A stretch of 64,000 nucleotides of DNA, taken from Auanema rhodensis. Lineage: Eukaryota > Animalia > Nematoda. The position numbers and the translations under genes were made by a program. Positions 55,495-64,000 of the stretch are shown here, in pieces. The stretch spans positions 15,748,001-15,812,000 of the forward strand of contig OZ059900.1 in the NCBI GenBank assembly GCA_964057225.1, written 5' to 3'. The first letter of the stretch is position 1, and the number at the start of each line of letters is the position of its first letter. Under the pieces are notes generated by a model. It made no database searches. It worked only from the letters and a program-made list of their open reading frames with translations, and had not been told where the DNA came from.

Positions 55495-55834
55495 ACTCAT
55501 GCAATGTCAATGAAACCTAGCTCAAAATTGTTCCTACAACGTCTAGTTCCACTTTCACGACAAAAAACAGGGGTTAGAAAATTAAGGAAATTAGCATATT
55601 CTGAGGGCACGCCTCTATGGCTTATATTGATTAAATCGATTTTTGTTCATATGATTCGTCAAATGCATTGAATTTCAGCGTGTTACATACTAAAATGAAG
55701 TGTTTTACATGCTGAACACTAGAAAAATACAAAAACACAGTATTTCCCATGAGAAATATTTTATTATGCTGGAAAACCAGTTTTTGGAAATTTCGCTGTA
55801 AACAAGGTTTTGACTTACGATTTCATGTGTTCAA
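55495..55834 (+). repeat. 340-bp diverged monomer type (also at 59192-59531 and 61863-62202)
   Basis: All three copies share the A6 tract, the GCCTCTATGG 1-bp deletion, and the GGCTTAT, GATTCG, GCATTG and GAAGTGTT variants. Confidence 0.92.
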
Positions 55835-58227
55835 ACTCATGCAATGTCAATGAAACCTTGCTCAAAATTGTTCCTACAACGTCTAGTTCCACTTTCACGA
55901 CAAAAAAACAGGGGTTAGAAAATTAAGGAAATTAGCATATTCTGAGGGCACGCCCCTTATGGCTAATATTGATTAAATCGATTTTTGTTCATATGAGTCG
56001 TCAAATGAAACGAATTTCAGGGTGTTACATACTAAAATGAAGCATTTTACATGCTGAACACTATAAAAATACAAAAACACAGTATTTCCCATGAGAAATA
56101 TTTTATTATGCTGGAAAACCAGTTTTTGGAAAGTTCGCTGTAAACAAGGTTTTGACTTACGATTTCATGTGTTCAAACTCATGCAATGTCAATGAAACCT
56201 AGCTCAAAATTGTTCCTACAACGTCTAATTCCACTTTCACGACAAAAAAACAGGGGTTAGAAAATTAAGGAAATTAGCACATTCTGAGGGCACGCCCCTT
56301 ATGGCTAATATTGATTAAATCGATTTTTGTTCATATGAGTCGTCAAATGCAACGAATTTCAGAGTGTTACATACTAAAATGAAGTATTTTACATGCTGAA
56401 CACTAGAAAAATACAAAAACACAGTATTTCCCATGAGAAATATTTTATTATGCTGGAAAACCAGTTTTTGGAAATTTCGCTGTAAACAAGGTTTTGACTT
56501 ACGATTTCATGTGCTCAAACTCATGCAATGTCAATGAAACCTAGCTCAAAATTGTTCCTACAACGTCTAATTCCACTTTCACGACAAAAAAACAGGGGTT
56601 AGAAAATTAAGGAAATTAGCATATTCTGAGGGCACGCCCCTTATGGCTAATATTGATTAAATCGATTTTTGTTCATATGAGTCGTCAAATGCAACGAATT
56701 TTAGCGTGTTACATACTAAAATGAAGCATTTTACATGCTGAACACTAGAAAAATACAAAAACACAGTATTTCCCATGAGAAATATTTTATTATGCTGGAA
56801 AACCAGTTTTTGGAAATTTCGCTGTAAACAAGGTTTTGACTTACGATTTCATGTGTTCAAACTCATGCAATGTCAATGAAACCTAGCTCAAAATTGTTCG
56901 TACAACGTCTAGTTCCACTTTCACGACAAAAAAACAGGGGTTAGAAAATTAAGGAAATTAGCATATTCTGAGGGCACGCCCCTTATGGCTAATATTGATT
57001 AAATCGATTTTTGTTCATATGAGTCGTCAAATGCAACAAATTTCAGCGTGTTACATACTAAAATGAAGCATTTTACAAGCTGAACACTAGAAAAATACAA
57101 AAACACAGTTTTTCCCATGAGAAATATTTTATTATGCTGGAAAACCAGTTTTTGGAAATTTCGCTGTAAACAAGGTTTTGACTTACGATTTCATGTGTTC
57201 AAACTCATGCAATGTCAATGAAACCTAGCTCAAAATTGTTCCTACAACGTCTAGTTCCACTTTCACGACAAAAAAACAGGGGTTAGAAAATTTAGGAAAT
57301 TAGCATATTCTGAGGGCACGCCCCTTATGGCTAATATTGATTAAATCGATTTTTGTTCATATGAGTCGTCAAATGCAACGAATTTCAGCGTGTTACATAC
57401 TAAAATGAAGCATTTTACATGCTGAACACTAGAAAAATACAAAAACACAGTATTTCCCATGAGAAATATTTTATTATGCTGGAAAACCAGTTTTTGGAAA
57501 TTTCGCTGTAAACAAGGTTTTGACTTACGATTTCATGTGTTCAAACTCATGCAATGTCAATGAAACCTAGCTCAAAATTGTTCCTACAACGTCTAATTCC
57601 ACTTTCACGACAAAAAAACAGGGGTTAGAAAATTAAGGAAATTAGCATATTCTGAGGGCACGCCCCTTATGGCTAATATTGATTAAATCGATTTTTGTTC
57701 ATATGAGTCGTCAAATGCAACGAATTTCAGCGTGTTACATACTAAAATGAAGTATTTTACATGCTGAACACTAGAAAAATACAAAAACACAGTATTTCCT
57801 ATGAGAAATATTTTATTATGCTGGAAAACCAGTTTTTGGAAATTTCGCTGTAAACAAGGTTTTGACTTACGATTTCATGTGTTCAAACTCATGCAATGTC
57901 AATGAAACCTAGCTCAAAATTGTTCCTACAACGTCTAGTTCCACTTTCACGACAAAAAACAGGGGTTAGAAAATTAAGGAAATTAGCATATTCTGAGGGC
58001 ACGCCCCTTATGGCTTATATTGATTAAATCGATTTTTGTTCATATGAGTCGTCAAATGCAACGAATTTCAGCGTGTTACATACTAAAATGAAGCATTTTA
58101 CATGCTGAACACTATAAAAATACAAAAACACAGTATTTCCCATGAGAAATATTTTATTATGCTGGAAAACCAGTTTTTGGAAATTTCGCTGTAAACAAGG
58201 TTTTGACTTACGATTTCATGTGTTCAA

Positions 58228-58508
58228 ACTCATGCAATGTCAATGAAACCTAGCTCAAAATTGTTCCTACAACGTCTAATTCCACTTTCACGACAAAAAA
58301 ACAGGGGTTAGAAAATTAAGGAAATTAGCATATTCTGAGGGCACGCCCCTTATGGCTAATATTGATTAAATCGATTTTTGTTCATATGAGTCGTCAAATG
58401 CAACGAATTTTAGCGTGTTACATACTAAAATGAAGCATTTTACATGCTGAACAGTTTTTGGAAATTTCGCTGTAAACAAGGTTTTGACTTACGATTTCAT
58501 GTGTTCGA
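58228..58508 (+). repeat. 281-bp deletion monomer, copy 5
   Basis: Same junction at 58453/58454. Confidence 0.96.
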
Positions 58509-60214
58509 ACTCATGCAATGTCAATGAAACCTAGCTCAAAATTGTTCCTACAACGTCTAGTTCCACTTTCACGACAAAAAACAGGGGTTAGAAAATTAAG
58601 GAAATTAGCATATTCTGAGGGCACGCCCCTTATGGCTTATATTGATTAAATCGATTTTTGTTCATATGAGTCGTCAAATGCAACGAATTTCAGCGTGTTA
58701 CATACTATAATGGAGTATTTTACATGCTGAACACTAGAAAAATACAAAAACACAGTATTTCCCATGAGAAATATTTTATTATGCTGGAAAACCAGTTTTT
58801 GGAAATTTCGCTGTAAACAAGGTTTTGACTTACGATTTCATGTGTTCAAACTCATGCAATGTCAATGAAACCTAGCTCAAAATTGTTCCTACAACGTCTA
58901 ATTCCACTTTCACGACAAAAAAACAGGGGTTAGAAAATTAAGGAAATTAGCACATTCTGAGGGCACGCCCCTTATGGCTAATATTGATTAAATCGATTTT
59001 TGTTCATATGAGTCGTCAAATGCAACGAATTTCAGCGTGTTACATACTAAAATGAAGTATTTTACATGCTGAACACTAGAAAAATACAAAAACACAGTAT
59101 TTCCCATGAGAAATATTTTATTATGCTGGAAAACCAGTTTTTGGAAATTTCGCTGTAAACAAGGTTTTGACTTACGATTTCATGTGTTCAAACTCATGCA
59201 ATGTCAATGAAACCTAGCTCAAAATTGTTCCTACAACGTCTAGTTCCACTTTCACGACAAAAAACAGGGGTTAGAAAATTAAGGAAATTAGCATATTCTG
59301 AGGGCACGCCTCTATGGCTTATATTGATTAAATCGATTTTTGTTCATATGATTCGTCAAATGCATTGAATTTCAGCGTGTTACATACTAAAATGAAGTGT
59401 TTTACATGCTGAACACTAGAAAAATACAAAAACACAGTATTTCCCATGAGAAATATTTTATTATGCTGGAAAACCAGTTTTTGGAAATTTCGCTGTAAAC
59501 AAGGTTTTGACTTACGATTTCATGTGTTCAAACTCATGCAATGTCAATGAAACCTAGCTCAAAATTGTTCCTACAACGTCTAGTTCCACTTTCACGACAA
59601 AAAACAGGGGTTAGAAAATTAAGGAAATTAGCATATTCTGAGGGCACGCCCCTTATGGCTAATATTGATTAAATCGATTTTTGTTCATATGAGTCGTCAA
59701 ATGCAACGAATTTCAGCGTGTTACATACTAAAATGAAGCATTTTACATGCTGAACCCTAGAAAAATACAAAAACACAGTATTTCCCATGAGAAATATTTT
59801 ATTATGCTGGAAAACCAGTTTTTGGAAATTTCGCTGTAAACAAGGTTTTGACTTACGATTTCATGTGTTCAAACTCATGCAATGTCAATGAAACCTAGCT
59901 CAAAATTGTTCCTACAACGTCTAATTCCACTTTCACGACAAAAAAACAGGGGTTAGAAAATTAAGGAAATTAGCATATTCTGAGGGCACGCCCCTTATGG
60001 CTAATATTGATTAAATCGATTTTTGTTCATATGAGTCGTCAAATGCAACGAATTTCAGCGTGTTACATACTAAAATGAAGCATTTTACATGCTGAACACT
60101 ATAAAAATACAAAAACACAGTATTTCCCATGAGAAATATTTTATTATGCTGGAAAACCAGTTTTTGGAAATTTCGCTGTAAACAAGGTTTTGACTTACGA
60201 TTTCATGTGTTCAA

Positions 60215-60495
60215 ACTCATGCAATGTCAATGAAACCTAGCTCAAAATTGTTCCTACAACGTCTAATTCCACTTTCACGACAAAAAAACAGGGGTTAGAA
60301 AATTAAGGAAATTAGCATATTCTGAGGGCACGCCCCTTATGGCTAATATTGATTAAATCGATTTTTGTTCATATGAGTCGTCAAATGCAACGAATTTTAG
60401 CGTGTTACATACTAAAATGAAGCATTTTACATGCTGAACAGTTTTTGGAAATTTCGCTGTAAACAAGGTTTTGACTTACGATTTCATGTGTTCGA
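60215..60495 (+). repeat. 281-bp deletion monomer, copy 6
   Basis: Same junction at 60440/60441. Confidence 0.96.
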
Positions 60496-63400
60496 ACTCA
60501 TGCAATGTCAATGAAACCTAGCTCAAAATTGTTCCTACAACGTCTAGTTCCACTTTCACGACAAAAAACAGGGGTTAGAAAATTAAGGAAATTAGCATAT
60601 TCTGAGGGCACGCCCCTTATGGCTTATATTGATTAAATCGATTTTTGTTCATATGAGTCGTCAAATGCAACGAATTTCAGCGTGTTACATACTATAATGG
60701 AGTATTTTACATGCTGAACACTAGAAAAATACAAAAACACAGTATTTCCCATGAGAAATATTTTATTATGCTGGAAAACCAGTTTTTGGAAATTTCGCTG
60801 TAAACAAGGTTTTGACTTACGATTTCATGTGTTCAAACTCATGCAATGTCAATGAAACCTAGCTCAAAATTGTTCCTACAACGTCTAATTCCACTTTCAC
60901 GACAAAAAAACAGGGGTTAGAAAATTAAGGAAATTAGCATATTCTGAGGGCACGCCCCTTATGGCTAATATTGATTAAATCGATTTTTGTTCATATGAGT
61001 CGTCAAATGCAACGAATTTCAGCGTGTTACATACTAAAATGAAGTATTTCACATGCTGAACACTAGAAAAATACAAAAACACAGTATTTCCCATGAGAAA
61101 TATTTTATTATGCTGGAAAACCAGTTTTTGGAAATTTCGCTGTAAACAAGGTTTTGACTTACGATTTCATGTGTTCAAACTCATGCAATGTCAATGAAAC
61201 CTTGCTCAAAATTGTTCCTACAACGTCTAGTTCCACTTTCACGACAAAAAAACAGGGGTTAGAAAATTAAGGAAATTAGCATATTCTGAGGGCACGCCCC
61301 TTATGGCTAATATTGATTAAATCGATTTTTGTTCATATGAGTCGTCAAATGAAACGAATTTCAGGGTGTTACATACTAAAATGAAGCATTTTACATGCTG
61401 AACACTATAAAAATACAAAAACACAGTATTTCCCATGAGAAATATTTTATTATGCTGGAAAACCAGTTTTTGGAAAGTTCGCTGTAAACAAGGTTTTGAC
61501 TTACGATTTCATGTGTTCAAACTCATGCAATGTCAATGAAACCTAGCTCAAAATTGTTCCTACAACGTCTAATTCCACTTTCACGACAAAAAAACAGGGG
61601 TTAGAAAATTAAGGAAATTAGCACATTCTGAGGGCACGCCCCTTATGGCTAATATTGATTAAATCGATTTTTGTTCATATGAGTCGTCAAATGCAACGAA
61701 TTTCAGCGTGTTACATACTAAAATGAAGTATTTTACATGCTGAACACTAGAAAAATACAAAAACACAGTATTTCCCATGAGAAATATTTTATTATGCTGG
61801 AAAACCAGTTTTTGGAAATTTCGCTGTAAACAAGGTTTTGACTTACGATTTCATGTGTTCAAACTCATGCAATGTCAATGAAACCTAGCTCAAAATTGTT
61901 CCTACAACGTCTAGTTCCACTTTCACGACAAAAAACAGGGGTTAGAAAATTAAGGAAATTAGCATATTCTGAGGGCACGCCTCTATGGCTTATATTGATT
62001 AAATCGATTTTTGTTCATATGATTCGTCAAATGCATTGAATTTCAGCGTGTTACATACTAAAATGAAGTGTTTTACATGCTGAACACTAGAAAAATACAA
62101 AAACACAGTATTTCCCATGAGAAATATTTTATTATGCTGGAAAACCAGTTTTTGGAAATTTCGCTGTAAACAAGGTTTTGACTTACGATTTCATGTGTTC
62201 AAACTCATGCAATGTCAATGAAACCTAGCTCAAAATTGTTCCTACAACGTCTAGTTCCACTTTCACGACAAAAAACAGGGGTTAGAAAATTAAGGAAATT
62301 AGCATATTCTGAGGGCACGCCCCTTATGGCTAATATTGATTAAATCGATTTTTGTTCATATGAGTCGTCAAATGCAACGAATTTCAGCGTGTTACATACT
62401 AAAATGAAGCATTTTACATGCTGAACCCTAGAAAAATACAAAAACACAGTATTTCCCATGAGAAATATTTTATTATGCTGGAAAACCAGTTTTTGGAAAT
62501 TTCGCTGTAAACAAGGTTTTGACTTACGATTTCATGTGTTCAAACTCATGCAATGTCAATGAAACCTAGCTCAAAATTGTTCCTACAACGTCTAATTCCA
62601 CTTTCACGACAAAAAAACAGGGGTTAGAAAATTAAGGAAATTAGCATATTCTGAGGGCACGCCCCTTATGGCTAATATTGATTAAATCGATTTTTGTTCA
62701 TATGAGTCGTCAAATGCAACGAATTTCAGCGTGTTACATACTAAAATGAAGCATTTTACATGCTGAACACTATAAAAATACAAAAACACAGTATTTCCCA
62801 TGAGAAATATTTTATTATGCTGGAAAACCAGTTTTTGGAAATTTAGCTGTAAACAAGGTTTTGACTTACGATTTCATGTGTTCAAACTCATGCAATGTCA
62901 ATGAAACCTAGCTCAAAATTGTTCCTACAACGTCTAATTCCACTTTCACGACAAAAAAACAGGGGTTAGAAAATTAAGGAAATTAGCATATTCTGAGGGC
63001 ACGCCCCTTATGGCTAATATTGATTAAATCGATTTTTGTTCATATGAGTCGTCAAATGCAACGAATTTTAGCGTGTCACATACTAAAATGAAGCATTTTA
63101 CATGCTGAACACTAGAAAAATACAAAAACACAGTATTTCCCATGAGAAATATTTTATTATGCTGGAAAACCAGTTTTTGGAAATTTCGCTGTAAACAAGG
63201 TTTTGACTTACGATTTCATGTGTTCAAACTCATGCAATGTCAATGAAACCTAGCTCAAAATTGTTCGTACAACGTCTAGTTCCACTTTCACGACAAAAAA
63301 ACAGGGGTTAGAAAATTAAGGAAATTAGCATATTCTGAGGGCACGCCCCTTATGGCTAATATTGATTAAATCGATTTTTGTTCATATGAGTCGTCAAATG

Positions 63401-64000
63401 CAACGAATTTTAGCGTGTTACATACTAAAATGAAGCATTTTACATGCTGAACACTAGAAAAATACAAAAACACAGTATTTCCCATGAGAAATATTTTATT
63501 ATGCTGGAAAACCAGTTTTTGGAAATTTCGCTGTAAACAAGGTTTTGACTTACGATTTCATGTGTTCAAACTCATGCAATGTCAATGAAACCTTGCTCAA
63601 AATTGTTCCTACAACGTCTAGTTCCACTTTCACGACAAAAAAACAGGGGTTAGAAAATTAAGGAAATTAGCATATTCTGAGGGCACGCCCCTTATGGCTA
63701 ATATTGATTAAATCGATTTTTGTTCATATGAGTCGTCAAATGCAACAAATTTCAGCGTGTTACATACTAAAATGAAGCATTTTACATGCTGAACACTAGA
63801 AAAATACAAAAACACAGTTTTTCCCATGAGAAATATTTTATTATGCTGGAAAACCAGTTTTTGGAAATTTCGCTGTAAACAAGGTTTTGACTTACGATTT
63901 CATGTGTTCAAACTCATGCAATGTCAATGAAACCTAGCTCAAAATTGTTCCTACAACGTCTAGTTCCACTTTCACGACAAAAAAACAGGGGTTAGAAAAT

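Larger units (their letters stand above)
45828..62885. repeat. Variable-length HOR domain anchored on a 281-bp deletion monomer (10-mer 3,357 bp and 8-mer 2,671 bp types plus recombinants)
   Basis: Six identical 61-bp deletion junctions (GCTGAACA^GTTTTTGG) lie at 46053, 49068, 50715, 54072, 58453 and 60440. Spacings of 3015, 1647, 3357, 4381 and 1987 bp equal 9, 5, 10, 13 and 6 monomers. Confidence 0.9.
1..64000. repeat. Satellite DNA tandem array, 342-bp monomer, about 188 copies, extending beyond both window edges
   Basis: The unit starting ACTCATGCAATGTCAATGAAACC recurs at 1, 343, 685 and so on. It is in exact 342-bp register at 3421, 6841, 10261, 13681, 17101, 20521, 23941, 27361 and 30781. 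The consensus has 116/342 G+C. No unique sequence or inversion was seen. Confidence 0.99.

Noticed and set aside
1-64000. CRISPR array or other repeat-spacer system
   Set aside because: There are no unique spacers. The entire 342 bp repeats, and no cas or other genes are present.
1-64000. Assignment to a named 340-360-bp satellite family or species
   Set aside because: Many unrelated plant and animal satellites share this length range. I do not recognise the sequence, and a database search is needed.

Overview
The whole 64-kb window is one uninterrupted head-to-tail tandem array of a 342-bp, AT-rich satellite DNA monomer (about 34% GC by hand count of the consensus). It holds about 188 copies, all on the same strand, and most differ from consensus by 0-5 substitutions. 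I found no credible gene, RNA gene, CRISPR array or transposon insertion. The eight 61-aa ORFs come from a single satellite SNP that creates an ATG. This looks like eukaryotic heterochromatic or (peri)centromeric satellite, but I cannot assign the species or family. The interesting signal is the internal organisation. (i) Successive domains carry different diagnostic variants. (ii) Nested higher-order repeats (HORs) include 3-mers, 4-mers, a near-perfect 22-mer (7,524-bp) tandem duplication, and a variable 5/6/9/10/13-mer system anchored on a 281-bp deletion monomer. (iii) A compensating A6/A8 indel pair preserves the 342-bp register. (iv) One monomer appears transplanted between domains. (v) The monomer is rich in quasi-palindromes, and several recurrent variants perfect them. 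I see no evidence of a new protein-coding or defence system. All alignments were done by eye.
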